Positions 40,982 to 56,249 are shown, counted from the stretch's first letter. The stretch: DNA of 64,000 nt from Eledone cirrhosa (GCA_964016885.1 OZ024741.1:142848001-142912000), one strand, 5' to 3'. Made by a program: numbers and translations. Notes: generated by a model from the letters alone, not told the origin.

Positions 40982-41190
40982 GGGCAAGGAATTGGCAAAG
41001 TCGGCGGAGCATCAGAGAAATGCTTGGCAGTAGTTACTCTAGCTCTTTACATTCCGTGTTCAAATGCTGTTGAGGTCAACTTTACCTTTCATCCATTCAA
41101 GGCAAATAAAGTAAAGTATTGCGGGTCAATATAATCAACTTTCACCTCCCCACAAATTGCTGGCCTTGTGCCTAAATTAGAAATTATTAT
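40982..41190 (+). mobile_element. diverged SINE family A copy
   Basis: GAGGTCAACTTTACCTTTCATCC...TTGCTGGCCTTGTGCCTAAA. Confidence 0.7.
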
Positions 41191-41202
41191 TTATTGATTT
41201 AA

Positions 41203-41723
41203 CTCTTAACATTCTGTAATGATTTAGCAGAAAGTAACTGTGATGAATTGGCAGAATCGTTAAAACATCGGATAGAATGCCTTGTGGTATTTGTTCCGGC
41301 TCTCAGCTCTCTGAGTTCAAACCCCACTGAGGTCAACTTTGCCTTTCATCCTTTCGAGGTCGATAAAAAAAAGTAAGAGTCTAGTACTGGGGTTGATTCT
41401 TCCTCTATATCTCTTTCTCACTCACTATCCTTCTCTGGAAGAAATCTGATGTATTCAGACCTGGAAAGGAAATGGGCTCCACCAGGTTTTAAAATGCCCT
41501 AAGAAATGCCATATATCAAAACAGCACCCCTATGACTTCCCCAGGAGTTACAGATATAATAATTCATGCTTGTTAATAGAATCTTTTCTATGGAACAGAT
41601 TTTTCTGAAGATTTGCAATATTAGAGTAAAGACTTCAATTTTAATGTGATGCAATCAGTGTTGTTTCCTATTTTTTAAAACTGTCTTGCTACTGCCATTT
41701 CATGTGATAGAGGGCGTTAAGAG
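41203..41723. mobile_element. possible piggyBac-like MITE with nested SINE (41240-41400)
   Basis: TTAA-CTCTTAAC ... GTTAAGAG-TTAA. Confidence 0.45.
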
Positions 41724-43444
41724 TTAACTACTACTTTCTTTCATTATTTGACAAACAAGAAAAAGCTGCCAATTTCTGTTGTGTTGCATGACATGCATGG
41801 ATGGGTGAGGGTAGGGAGAAATGAGAGGATGCATGATTTGTACAGTTGGATGACTTTTGTATTGCCAACCACTTTACACCGTAGACTGGGTGTATTTTAT
41901 TGTGTCACCGTCACTACAAAGGTTCTCTGTTGGGATAAAACTGTCTGCTCGACCCCGTATCAATTTTTTCTGTTCAGCATTAGTTCTTCTTTGCTGTGGT
42001 TTCTGGAGTCCATGACTCCTGCATTTCTTCTTCCTTTTTAACAACTGTGTCCTCTCTGATCAGGCACTGTACAACTTTGAGGACATTCTATTGCGAGATT
42101 GCCATTAGAGAGGTTGTTGGTTAACATTAAAGTGTCCAAAGTGGACCTATTATGCTGTCAGTTTTTATTTATTGTGGAATATAGAGTACATGTCTCCTTT
42201 TTTTCTTTTTGTGGTTGGATGGTCTTCTCACCACTATTCACTTTACAGAGTGGACTGTGCATTTTGTTATTTACAATAGAATGTCCATATACAGTTATTC
42301 ACTCAAGTAAAAGTGGAACTTGGTAAGGTGCTGTTAAAGAAGACTCACCTCATCCTTGATCAAGTAAACCTATTATACGAATACATTCCAGTAGTGACTG
42401 TATTTTTACCTCTCTAGCACTACATTGTCCATCCCTTTTTAAAGAGTTAAGGCAAGCATGATTTGAGAGATATTTGGCTGTTATTTCTAGTGACAACCTA
42501 GTGGTTATTTTGTTGGCTTACAGAGACAGTGTTGGTGGGGGTTATATTGGTCCAGCAAAAATGGATTGTAGTGACTAGGAAATGGAGATGTGTATAATCA
42601 GAGATAAAATTTGAGCCACAATTTCTTGGCTAGCTATGCTACCCTTAACATACCGACAAACATGAGATGGGCTTAAAATAACAGCTGGTGGGTGGAGGGT
42701 TAAAGTTAATATCAATGTTGAACTGCTGAAAAGAAAATACTGATGTTGAGTGGAGTAAGATATGGCTTGTTATCTTTAATGAATCTATGATTAAATTGCT
42801 ATCTTTTAATCACCATAGAAAACCACCTTTCCCTCCATTAGTTTAGCTGATCATATCCTCCAAGAAAGCAACACTTAACACCTAAGTCTGACATTTTCCC
42901 ATTCATTTTAGCTGGAATGACTATACCATGTTGACTGCCAAGTCTGCTTGCTACCCAGAAAGTTAATTTGCTTTGTCACACCTAAAAATATTTTATATTT
43001 TCATAAATCTACCATTGATCTTTGCTTTAAGTTCTGTTGCTTCTGCTGTACACCTTCAGAGTCTGGATAAGATAAAAAAAAATAAAAAAAAAAAAAAAAA
43101 ATCAACATTATTTGACCTGATTTATCATGTGAGCTTCAGTCACTATCACACAGTTGAAACGTTGCCTCTTCTATAGATATTTTCATAGAAATTGTTCTGA
43201 TGAGCATTCCTTTTTGTTGCCTTGTCTTCACAAGTTTAAATGGAATACTAAATTAGTGGCTAGGTCTCACCCATTTACAGTTCCTAAATGCATTTGCAAA
43301 TTCGATTCTGATAAAATAGTATAGTTAATATGAAGCAGTGAGATATGCAATAAAAGATCAATAAGTTTCAAAAAGCCAGTATAATGTGGTAGAAAAATAC
43401 AAAGGGCAAATAAAACAAAACAAAGTAATGTTTTACCCAGTATT

Positions 43445-43700
43445 TCAGCCATCAGCATTGGACAGAGGGGAGAGCATAAGGCCAGACAGCATCTTCCCAG
43501 TCCATGGTACTAAACCCCTTATCTGGGATACAAGCAGTGACACCTGTGGCAATCTGGTGAATTCAGCAACAGACCCAGACTTCGCTGCCCATAAAGCTGA
43601 AGATTGCAAGTTGCTCGCTGATAAATTTGTCATCACATCTGCATTCTTGCTGCCCAGACCTCATCCACTACTACTGAGCAGAGTTGGCCACCCACATCTT
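43445..43700 (+). mobile_element. old CRE-clade RLE fragment
   Basis: RPDSIFP..KPLIWD..DT..NLV.SATDP..AA..AE matches 13310-13470. Confidence 0.7.
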
Positions 43701-45509
43701 CTCCATTGTCTGCTGGGACCATGAAGCAAACTGCACCTTGGCTCTCACATTCCCCAACACCATCCAAACCTGCATCATTAGGGTAACAATGTTTGAGCAC
43801 ACTTTTGGTACTTAAGGCACTTTTATTATAACAGTTGTTACCATGTTATTATGCCAGTATTTAGAAAATAACTTAAGAAAATATTCTCATAAAAACGCAA
43901 GGTTTATATTTAAACATGAATGCTTTAAAACAAACATTTTCTCATCATCTAACCAAGAGCAATTTCAGGTAGGTGAGATTCAAAAGGGTCAAATGTCATG
44001 GTTGTAAACGTGACAGTTGACCTTTGTGGGTAGGATATAGTTTAGGTTATCTATCTATGCTGCTAAGAATATTAGATAAAGGACAAGGCTTGGAATTGTT
44101 TCTTCCCATCAACCCTACTGTAGCCTTTACTACAAGATAGATATCCTTTATCACACTACACCTAGATAAATAAAACCCAGGTTTGGTACTGTTGTAGCCC
44201 TCATCACAAGACAAGCTAAGTATCCTTTACCACCAGACATCTAGCTAAATAAAACTCACCTGTACCTCCAGCTTTCCTACCTAACAAATACTTTGTTGCT
44301 TACTCATCCTGTTGACTCCCTACAATGGTGACCTAACTTTTAATGAACATATATAGGAACACAGGCTGGATCTTTGGAAAGTTATAATTGAGGTAGCCAA
44401 AGCTGCAACAGAATACTAAAAAATAAAACAACTAAAAAATGTACTAGCAAAAAAAAAAAAAAAAAAAAAAATTAAATGAAAAAAAAATAGTACCAAATCA
44501 ACATAGCGCTGTGAAGGAAGCAGTTTTCTTTCTGGTAATTTGTCCATTTTTGAGATGGAGACCAGGTGGGTGGGGATTAGAGAACAAAAATACACATTAC
44601 ATACAGGATGATGATTGTTAGAAGATATGCCAAGAAATTCCAGTGGAAGGAAGTTGCAGTAGAAGACTTGGGCAGAGGTGGTGAGAGGTAATCTCAAATC
44701 ACTGAAGCTCACACAAATGAAGGAATATAATGAGTGGAGTGTGTTTTGTGATACTGACACACTAGAATGTGTTGTGTGATATTGACACACTGGCGCGTGT
44801 TGTGTGATATTGACACACTAAGATTAGTACAAATAATAAAAAAAAAAAAAACAATGTATAAACAGGTCATGTGAGTGGATGGAAAAGGGATAGTGTAAAA
44901 TATATGAACATTTATCAGTGTGTGGCTAAACATGAAGTGAAAGGACACCGTGTTATTTAAGTGACCACAAATAGCAAGATGAAGTTTATAGGGTTGGGCA
45001 GGGTGGAAAGCTGGAAACATTGCATTGGGTATAAAATAAATACAGAATTGCTGTTTAGTAAAATTTTGTACCATCCTTTTGTCAGTTTTTTTCCCCCAGG
45101 CTAGCATGGGTTGGACAGTTTTTTTTCCAGTATAGCTTCTCTCCTTGTGTTCTCTTGTCATTTCCTCTATGAGTATAAGTGTTTTCAGATCCGCTATCAT
45201 CACCTCTGATCAGGTCTTCCTCAATTTTCCCATACATTGATGTTCATGCACATCCACCAAAGCATGCCCACTTCATTTCTCTCAAGCCTTCACATATCCT
45301 CTGCATTTAAAAATTGTACTGATAAAGATTGCAGGAACATATAAAGGAAGAAGAGAAAAAAAATCTTGTTTCTTTTAGCTACTACAATGAGAGAGAGAGA
45401 GAAAGAGAAGGAGGCAAATGATAGGGAGAGAAATATTTGATATAATTATGGTTGTTAAAGACCAAGATTAAACTATTTCAATGTCCTGTACTGCTTGAAA
45501 CTGCATTAA

Positions 45510-45695
45510 CCCTTTAGCATTTACATTATTCTATATATACTGTTGTATTTTCACGGAAAAGGCTCTATCTCACATAATACTGAATCTGAGATTTTGATAA
45601 GCTATTGCTCTCAAAATAAATATTAACATAAATATAAGCAGCCAGTTTGAACAGAGAGAGGCGAGAGAATTCTGGCTGGTTTAAATGCTAAAGGG
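45510..45695. mobile_element. piggyBac-like MITE
   Basis: TTAA|CCCTTTAGCATTTA ... TAAATGCTAAAGGG|TTAA. Confidence 0.8.
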
Positions 45696-46365
45696 TTAAG
45701 ACATTCTTGAAAAATACAAAACAGTACCATGACTGAATCACATAAACTGAAGTCTTTACTGCAAATTTTCACGACAATCTGCTCACCAGTAAATATAATA
45801 TAAACATTTGAGTCAACAAACCGTTTTTAGCTATTTTCTGCTAAATCATTGCAGGGTGTTATGGGTTAACCAGATATATTTTTTAATTTATGTCAATGAT
45901 TTATTGGGGCATTTGGATGATTTGAAATTTGAAAACATTGAAATCCAAACAGAATCACTACAATATGGTTTAAAAAAAAAAAAAAAAATCATTATCACAA
46001 TTGTGCCTAGATTTCAACATTTTCAAATTTGAAGTGTCAATGTAAACAGAAATGACACTAAAGAATGAAATATTGAGAACTTTACATCTAATTGAAATCT
46101 TTGTAATTATATAAAATGAGCACTTGTACTAGTGTTCTGTTTTGTTTTAAACTGGAGATCAAACACATTGAGTATATGCCATATCATCATTAATTTATGT
46201 CCATTAACCCTGCTAGCAAGGGCTGTACATTTTATCAGAACTGTCAGTACTCAAGTGGAGCTACTGACCTCCCAAACAGAAAACTACATCTCATGACTCC
46301 ATGCTTCACAAAGTGCATTTTATCATAGCACGAGCTGGGTGCCATTCCTACTGCTGACCACTTTA

Positions 46366-46403
<38 letters not shown>

Positions 46404-46639
46404 GTTTTGATTTTAAAAATGATTTTATATACACATCTTTATAGAAAGAGACAAAATGACAAAGTGAAAGTGTGTCAAAAAAATATACACAAAATACATT
46501 TATTTTTTTAAAAGGAGGAGAATACCAATGTTCAATCAACCATTTAATGCCTCAGTGTGTACATGTTACATATTGGCCTGAAGATCACTTGTCAAGATGA
46601 AGATACTATCTGCTGCCATCTCACTTTCTGAAGGGCCCT

Positions 46640-47120
46640 TGTCATATTGAATGGTGAGAATTTGGAAAAGGCTGATCAATTCAAATGTCTTGGCACAACC
46701 TTCACTCACACAAGTCAAGGTGAAGACGAGATAGATGCATGCATTAATTGTGTATGAGACCAGTACCAGCATTGTCTTCAAAGCTGGCACTGGGCTTGGT
46801 CAAAAACCCACATCTAAGTACCACATTCTGCTATATGGTTGCAAGATGGAGCCAATGAAAACTATGAGCTTAAGCAACAAATTGGAAGGTTTTGACCATT
46901 TTTGCCTTTGTTGAATCCAAGTTCACACAGTGGATTTTGTGCCAAACAAAAATTTTGTTACGGCTGGACTGATGTCCCCACTCAATAAATGGCTCTGGTG
47001 GTTTGGTCAGTCACTCTACTTGCCCATGAGGTGAATTCATCAACATATAGTCACCCCCACCCCAAGGTGTAATCTGAGGTAGATAGCTGAAAACAGATTA
47101 GCATAACCAAGTCAGATCTC
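46640..47120 (+). mobile_element. decayed RTE-type RT C-terminal fragment
   Basis: GENLEKADQFKCLG, EIDACI, LLYGC, WFG remnants. Confidence 0.5.
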
Positions 47121-47868
47121 AAGCTAAAATCTGGTCTTCGTATATTTGGTGTATATTGTCAGAATCATGGCCTCTGTTTACAATGCTGTGGATTCACTGG
47201 TTGGAGCCAGCTCAACTCATCCTGAGTAAACACGGCTAAATGCTGTAAATTAAGTAGTTGGAACTAGCTCAACCTGTTCTGGTTGAATGCTGACAAAATG
47301 TAGATTCACTGGTTGGAACCAGTCCAATCCCTCCTGGGTGAACACTGACAAAAGTACAAATACAATTAGAGGAAAACAAAAATACACACAAACTACCAAA
47401 TCAATAAAAATGAAAACAAGAATCTGGATAAAGTTTTTATCTCTGATGATATCAAGTCCATGTGGTCTTCATACAGAAAAATATCATTTACCAGTAAATT
47501 TTTGTTCCCCAGCATCACACCTACAATAGCTAACAGATAGTTCTGCCAAGACTGGGCAGAAAGGACACAGCAGCAATAAAGAAACCCTCAATACAGACAA
47601 TTAGTTTTGGGTTCAAATCTCTCCATGAGTATGTGTGAGTGTGTAAACTCTTTGAGGAGGTAAATACTTGTGTAGTAGTAAACTGTTCATAGATTATAAA
47701 ACCAACTCAGTTTTGTTACTGAATTTGGGTTACTGTCAGAGTTTATTTCTTACAATGCAAATCACGATTGTGGAGACCCAAGTTTACTGTAGCTTGGTAC
47801 AGAGAATATATCTAATCAAAAAGCACGCCTCTTGTGAGGCCCATCCAATTGAAGCAGAGTTCACTATA

Positions 47869-47905
<37 letters not shown>

Positions 47906-48362
47906 ATAAGCAACATACATGTACAGCTGTGATGTAGAATTGTACAACCAAATAATCTACATGTACAGCTGTAAAATCATATACAGTTGTGAATTGATGT
48001 AGAATATATAAAAAAAATAAACAAGAGAAGTCTTTAGTATAATTATCCTAGTTAGTTGGTAAATTTGTACCATAAACAAGTTTAATTACAAAATATTTAT
48101 GCCAAGCTTTAGTTAATCATCAATAAGCACCGGATGAAAGGTTTTTAGGGGATCAATATCTACAGATCTGATCCTTGTTTCAAGGATCAGAAAAAACAGA
48201 TTTAAGATTTAAACTATTCACACCCAACATTTGAATTTCATGACAGATGAACAGTTTGTTAACCATATATATATATATATATATATATATATGGTTCATC
48301 TGTCATGAAATGCACATGTTGGATGTATATATATAGTTAAACTATTCATCTGTCATGAAATG

Positions 48363-48396
<34 letters not shown>

Positions 48397-48739
48397 ATAT
48401 ACACATCTTAATGTTTTAAAACCAAGAAATAACAGTAATGTTGAAGCTTTAATAGTAACAGATTTGTACAAAATAAGCAACTATTAAAATTTAACTCAAA
48501 TGAGATGTTTTAACTGTGTTTAGAAAAACCAAATCCAGGCAACAACTTTCAGATTACAAAAATTATGAAAAAATGCAGAGAAAAAAAATACATCGTACAT
48601 TCTTATATGTGCTTGGTAAAATGACCCTAAAAGGGGCCCACATACCTTAAGATTATTAACTTGTGCAAAACAAAGCTCTGTAACACCAACTAGCTAATCT
48701 GCAAAATTTTCAGTCTTTAGTATGAAGTTTATAAATAAT

Positions 48740-48925
48740 TGTTTCTACTTTAGGCACAAGGCCAGCAATTACCCAGTGCATTACTGGTACTTTATTTTAT
48801 CGACCCCGTAAGGATGAAAGGCAAAGTCAACCTCGGCGGGATTTGAACTCAGATCGTAAAGGGACGTAACTATGCTGGAAAGCATGGCGTCCGACCCTCT
48901 ACCGATACTGCCAATCCACCGCCCT
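48740..48925 (-). mobile_element. full-length SINE family A with 17-bp TSD
   Basis: TGAAGTTTATAAATAAT on both sides (48723, 48926). Confidence 0.9.
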
Positions 48926-49957
48926 TGAAGTTTATAAATAATACAACTGATTATCTTTAATAGACACACATACTCTTAACTTCTGACATAAGTCCTGCAC
49001 TCAACAAAAACCGCTTTTGTGAAATTATCAAAAGCTTAGTTTTAGTTCACTATATAGAGAAAAAAAAATTAAATAAAAGCCAATTATGAAGAGATGAAGT
49101 ATTAGAAGTATAGAGAAGGGAAACTGAAAATGTTGATGTTGAAGGCCATTAGTGAAGTGATTCCAATTGAAAACTGAAACTGGGTTATGAAGTCAGGTTT
49201 ATGAAAAACTTAAACATCACTGCACACACCAAGAAGTCAACCACTGTACAATTGTAACTGTATGAGGCTATAGAGTTCAACTACAACAGAATAGCTGAGA
49301 GTAGTAAAGAGAGAAAGGGCAGGGGAGAGCAGAAGATAGAGGCAGCTGGATAGATGAATAGCTATAATATTGAAACTTGGAATAACAACATAATCAAAAG
49401 AACTAAATGAAAATTAGTTTTATTTTCATAGAAAACATTCAGCCACTACTACAGGAGATCAGTTTGGTGAGAAGTTAAAAAAAAAAAAAAAAAAAAAAAA
49501 GAAAAAAAAGACATAAATAAAGAAATGATCTTTCTGGTAATGTCTTCTATATTAAACAAGGTTTGCCTCGTTTTATAAGCAAACTTTCCAGTTTTACAAC
49601 TGGCTTGAATAAAAACCCAAATGGCAGAAAGGGCAAGAAAGAAAAAAAAAAAAAAAAAAAAAAAAATTTGAGGAAAAAAAAAAAAAAAAAAAAAAAAAGC
49701 TCTAGAAAAATTAGGTGAAGTTTATAAAAGATAACTTATCCAACTAAAAACTGCCAAAAGAAGTGCATATATGATCAGATTAGCAAACTCACTTTTAAAT
49801 GTTTTGCACCAAGTTGAAAAATTGTCAGAAGATTATAAAGTTTTGGTTTCTTTGATTCAAATCCCCGGATTTATTGAAATTTGGCATTTTCCAAGTGTAA
49901 AATGTTGAATGTGTGCTGCGAGTTATATAAGCCCCAACCCAGTCATACACACATACG

Positions 49958-50142
49958 ATCATCTACATACACTATATATACATATGCATATATATTTCAA
50001 CTCAAACATGTACATATACATCTACATACATTATATATACATATGTATATACACATATTTCAACTCAAACATGTACATCTACATACATTATATATACATA
50101 TGTATATACATATATATTTCAACTCAAACATGTACATATACA
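49958..50142. repeat. ~55-60 bp tandem repeat, about 3 units
   Basis: TATTTCAACTCAAACATGTACAT repeated three times. Confidence 0.85.
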
Positions 50143-50318
50143 ACATTCTCATCACTTCAGAACTATAGTATTTAACATTATGTAATAAGGGTGATAGTTT
50201 TCAATTCAAATCTACACCCTACAATAGTGCAGTCTTACAGAAAAAAAATAACATTTAGTGGTGATAACTTTTATTGGGGATAAAAAAAAATTAATAGTTC
50301 TTTAGAAACAAAAAGAAA

Positions 50319-50363
<45 letters not shown>

Positions 50364-50469
50364 AAGCCCAAGTCAGACTGTCATATGTGATGACCAGTAT
50401 TTACACTGTTCGTTTCAGTCCTAGAGTTCCAAAAAGGGGAATACGACAAGTATTTTTAAGCCTTGTACT

Positions 50470-50566
50470 TCAGTAGGTCAAAGCTTGTGCCTCCCCATTC
50501 ACTGTCTTTGATTTCAATATACCATCTTCTTCAATAGTTACTGTTTCTACACCATTCTCCATAGTC
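50470..50566 (-). CDS. DNAJB6: DNAJB6-like last coding exon (TMENGVETVTIEEDGILKSKTVNGEAQALTY*)
   Basis: tttacAG acceptor, phase 2; resembles DNAJB6 C-terminus [22 protein letters not shown]. Confidence 0.88.
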
Positions 50567-50607
50567 CTGTAAACACAAACAAAAATTAGTGGAACATCTA
50601 CCCACAG

Positions 50608-50671
<64 letters not shown>

Positions 50672-52816
50672 CGCGTGCGTATCATTTCATTTTACGTCCA
50701 CTTTTCCCTGCTTGCAAGGGTGGGATGGGAACTGATTCTGGCTTGATTTCTACAGCTGGATGCCCTTCCTAACACCAACCTCATTTACAGTGTGGGCTGG
50801 GTGCTTTTTTGCTGTGGCACCTCCACGACCACTTTGCAGTGGAATGATAGGAACCCCAGTCCTATCATCTCATTTCTACAGCTGAGTGAACTGGAGCAAT
50901 GTGAAATAAAGTGTCTTGCTCAAGGAAACAACACATCACCTGGTCTGAGAATTGAACTCGCAACCTTTTCATTGTAAGGCCAATGCTCTAACCACTAAGC
51001 TATGTGCCTTCATATACACATTTTCTACATAACATTAGGACAGGGACACAGAGTGAGTGCAGGAATGTATGCGAGATATCCCATCTGAGAGGTCAGTTGC
51101 CATGGATATTGGTGACCCACTGCCAGCGGCCACAATCAAGTACTGACTTGGTCTGTGATAACCTGTTAAAGCCTTGTTAGCAAGGAAGAAGGGACATTGA
51201 ATGATGAGTGAGAGAGTAAGACAATTTAGCAAATGCAGTGACAAACAGGCAATTATTGAAAGATGATGGTCATAAAGATAATCTACAATATTTGTGCCCA
51301 GGCATAGATGTATGGTTAAGGGGCTCAGTTTACAACCATGTGGTTTGGGATTCAGTCCTACTGTGTGGTATATAGGGTGTTTTCTGCTATAACACTGGGC
51401 TAACCAGTGTCTTATGAGTGAAATTTGGTAGACAGGAACTATAAGGAAGCCTGTCATGTATATATACATTAAAAAAATACAACTCCCAACTAGGTAGGTT
51501 TAGCTGGCTCTCCTACAAGGCTGCCCCTCATAGATAGTTTCTCAAGTGTTTTAATTGTTAGGGGACTGCAGTCACACCACAAAAAGCAACATATGTGTCA
51601 GACACACTGCCTAGTTCAGGAATCGAACATATGCTCGCGAGTTTAACACTTTCATTCTGAAGCCACACTAGGCTTCACAGACACACGCGTAATAAATTTC
51701 CTATGAAACAACTTTGTAGGGAGCCAGCAACATGTGTAGGTGTGAGCTGTAAATTTTAATTATTTGTTTCATACACACACATGCATATATCAGTGCATAT
51801 CTGTCTGTATATTCACATTTTAATACTGCTTGGGCAGTAATGATGCTTGTATCTAGCATAAACAATATATCTCACAGCTCAGCAGTTTGATGTGTCAAGA
51901 CCAGTGAAATAAAGTACCTGACTAGTAAAAGTAATGGTCGGTGATAAGAATGGCATTTGACTTTAGACTACTTCAAGAAGTCTAGTTTAATTCCTGTCAG
52001 CGTGGAAAAGAGCAGATATAAGAATGATGATGGTAATACTCAAGTATCTACAAAACTTTAGCATTGATATTAACGACTGTATTAAAAAAGACACTCATCA
52101 TCAACATCATTTTACATCCACTTTTTCCATGCTTACACAGGTTTGAAAGGTCTTGCCTCCACTCTCTTGCACACATCTGATTCCTCTTCTACAAAGTCTT
52201 TCTCTAAACTCACTTGTGCTTCATCGTTCATATACATAAATGGAGTACACTTGCTTAGTTTCTCTCTAGCCCTCCCTGCTATGCAGCATTGTATTAACCA
52301 ACTCTATCATGTTATTTTTCTGGTGACAGGAGGTGAAATTTGAACTCAGAATAAATGCCACAAAGTATCTTATCTAGTGCTCTAAAAATTCCACCAAAAC
52401 ACTACCCTGGATTGAGACTGTCTACACCAAAAGGATAAAAGGCAAATTTGACCTCAGAAACAACATATACAAGTGAAAGATTGATGGACCTCCATTGCTT
52501 TCAACATGAGTGTTCTAGTTATTTGATTAATGCAAGCAACAGCATGCTTGTAAAATTAGTATATGTGGCTGAGCATTCCACAGATATGAATACTCTTAAC
52601 ATGATTCTCAGTGGAGATTCAGTGTGACAAGGCTAGCTCCTTGAATTACAGATACAGTCTATCTGATAAGCTTCCAGTTTGTTCCAACCCAATTTCATTC
52701 ACAAGGCATGGGTCAACTCAAAGCTATGGTAAATGACACTTGCTCAAGATGTCACGCAGTGGGATTGAACTCAGGACTTAATGACTTGTGGGAAATATAC
52801 AAAGATATTCACTTAC

Positions 52817-52927
52817 TTTTTGGTTACAATTGTTTTGCCATTATTATATTTTGTTGAAGTTGATGTTGATCGGAAATTACCACCCATTGTTGGACCAGTA
52901 AATGATGTACTTGAAAATGAAGTAAAA
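52817..52927 (-). CDS. DNAJB6: DNAJB6-like S/T-rich exon (FTSFSSTSFTGPTMGGNFRSTSTSTKYNNGKTIVTKK)
   Basis: ttttcAG...GTAAGT, phase 2-2, in frame with 50566; resembles DNAJB6 SFSSTSF..GNFKSISTSTK..NG..I.TK. Confidence 0.9.
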
Positions 52928-53867
52928 CTGAAAATATAATGAAACAACAAAATCAAATTAGAACATCTAAAACTCTCATAACTTTTCAAACAACCAATCT
53001 CATCTGTAACTGTTTCATTATCACATTTCTAATGAAAGTCACTGCCACCGATTTTTCAAATTGAAAGAAAAATATGAATTTGAAGTGATTTTCAGCATTA
53101 GGCCTCTGTTTGGAACTTAAAGATTCTTAAATAAAATTCTAATGGAAGGCATGTCTAAACACATAAAAACATTTGTATCAGAACCAGTGGCGGATTCAGG
53201 CAGTTTGGTATTGAAAAAGTTATGATTTTAATACTTATATCTATACTTTCCCAAAAGTTTGATCGCCAAATCAACATTAAGATGTTATGTGAACTAAGGT
53301 CATTGATGCACATACATTTCTATGTTCAAACTAAACCCACTACCAACCAGAAATAAGATAATCATATTGATCAAATACCAGTGATTCAAACACAGCTGTA
53401 AAAGCTAAATTTTTTATCATCCATAAAGATGAGTTTAATCTGACAGAGAGATTAACTGAACCAACACCTGTATTTTACTAGTTCTTATTAACTGACCAAG
53501 AATAAAAAAACAGCTCAAGTTGGATTTGACAAGAGTTGAAATCAGAATCACAAGGTACCAAGCAAGGCACCATAAAGCAATTCATCCAACGGTAACTTTT
53601 TACATTTATCTTTTCTTTCATTGGCTTTAAGTCATTGGATTGTGGCCATGCTGAGGCACTGCCTCAAAGGGTTATGGTCAACTATATTGTTCCTAGAACA
53701 TGACTGGTATTTATATTAAATCACCCCCAGAAGAATGGATAGCAACTCCCACTTAGACAAAATTTGAACACTGAATATAGAAGGGGCACAATCAAATACT
53801 ACAAAATATTTTGTCCAACACTTTGCCAATAGTCATCTACCTATTGTTGCATAGGCATGAAATCAAA

Positions 53868-54000
53868 TAATTGTTTCTACTTTTGGCACAAGGCCAGCAA
53901 TTATCCCAGTGCATTACTGGTTCTTTATTTTATCGACCCTGTAAGGATGAAAAGCAAAGTTAACCTCGGCGGGATTTGAACTCAGATCATAAAGGGAGGT
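53868..54000 (-). mobile_element. 5'-truncated SINE family A (intronic)
   Basis: family sequence. Confidence 0.8.
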
Positions 54001-56249
54001 AATAATACTTCTTTAATTGAAGGGAAGAAATCATGCTTTTTCCAATTCCAACAACCCATTTAAACAGCTGACTTTAGGATGTCAAGAACAATCTTTTCCC
54101 AGATATTAATAAATTCAAGAAAAAGAAAAAAAAGGCAAGCAAAATATTTTAAAAAGCATACACGCACACATTAGCAACCAAAGAATTTTTAATCTAGTAC
54201 AACTGCATGCTTTTTGTTTAACAGACATTAATATTACTGTAACAGGAAAACAAAAACAACCATTATGAAAAACTAGTCATACCAATAAAAATGTACTAAC
54301 TAGATAAAAAAAATTTTTTTTCAAATTCATTTTCTCTTCATTACTACATTTTTATCAAACTCCATTGAAAGTGATGAATCAGCTAGTTTGTCTTTTACAT
54401 TATTTTAATTACATAAAATTTTAGAGTTCAAAACATTTATGACAGTTTTTTCCCCTATTAGCATGGGTTGGATGAGGCATTATCATATGGCCAGGCTCTT
54501 TCTGAAACAACATGGCTGCGGAGTGAATTTCTCAAACACACAGTCATGCCTGTGCTTACCATGTTAAAACAAATCAAAGTTCTTGTTCAACCAAATTACT
54601 GTGCCTGCTCTTGTCTGGAAACAAATTCTAAAGTATAAAGAGTTTGGCTTGATTGACATATCATAATACCATCTTAAATAGATAATGTAGTCTTAGATAC
54701 ACCATGCCAGAATAAAAGTTGGGATGATCTGATCAATGCTAGAATGTCTGGTCATAGAACTGGATTACGGCTGAGTAATATATGTTTATTCTTAATCTCT
54801 TATTCAAATTTACAAACAACCACATACTGTTCAATTCATGCCAGTAGGGGGAAAAAAATGGATGTAAAATGATGATATACCCTTAAATATTCTTACTATA
54901 TTTAAAATATTGTTAGACTTAATTCAACAACTAGTTAAACAGCACCACCTGGTTGTCAGGTGCCTTCAGTAGAAACCCCTGTTGCAATCATTCAGTCCAG
55001 GTTTCCAATCTGAGGATAACCTCTTCTTTCTTCCTAATCTGTCTCAGAGGTACTGCAAAGAATCATAAGCCCTGCTCACCCTTATATAAATAGGCCACAT
55101 AAAAAAAAAAAAAAACAAACCTTTTTTCACTCACAAATTCATAAAACCCACCTACCTTATGTCTAACTTAATCACCTTTATTCACACAAGGAACTATATA
55201 TAGTTTATAAATACATACTTTAGCCGTAAAATTTTTATTCCCACGATGGAATACTCCACATGTCTTAGCAGATTCTACATTTAAAATCCTGTTACAAAAA
55301 AGGTATGTGTGTGTGTCATACACACAAGTGCACATGCAAAAAAAATCAGAGAGAGACAGAGAGAAAAATGTGGGCATCATCTTTAAATTAAAAACAAAAA
55401 CATGAGCAATATTAAGCAACAGGGACAAAGTTTCAAGTGTAGACTAGATAAATGAAGGAGTCAAATATTCTTTATCTCTACAGCTGAACATCATCAGTGA
55501 CTGGAGTTGATATTTAGCAAATGAGATATAAACTTGATCATTCATTAAATAAAAACATAGAAGACAATTGGTAGATTGAAGAAGGAAAGTATAATAGGGA
55601 ATTGTAAAAAAAAAAGAAATAAAGTATGTTAGATATAATATAAAGTGTGTTAGATATATATACATGCATGAGCAAGAGGAAAGAGAGGAAGGAGAGTAAA
55701 ATTAAAGAACAAGTAAAAATAAGAACCCCAAGAAATGCAGAAATGAACCAAATAATAGGAGTTGTGAAAAGATTTTTGGTACTACTAGTTGAAACTGGAT
55801 GGAGATTCTATAGTGTTTATACACTGAGTTACCATTAAAGACAGTGCCATCCACAAGAGGAGGAGAGGAATAGAAGTATTAGTAGTGAGTGAATAATAAT
55901 GTTAGATTAGTAATGGATTAGTAAACAAAGTGATGCAAACCACATATGGAGGCCGTGTGTGTATATGTGCATATGTGTGTAATATTGACGGACATGAAAA
56001 TTAGTACTCAATATCGAAGTAGAGTTTAAATATTCCTTATTAAAGTTATTGATCTGTATTTTAGCTTAGTTTCTATGGCTGGATGCCTTTTCTAATGCCA
56101 GCCAGCGTGGACTGCATGCTTTTTTGGTCTCAGCTGTTATGTAATCAGCATGATCACCTTACAGGATATACTGGGTACTCGTCGTGTCATCAGCATGACC
56201 ACCTTACAAAGTGGACTGGGTGTTTTTTAATGGGTCACCAGCACAACCA

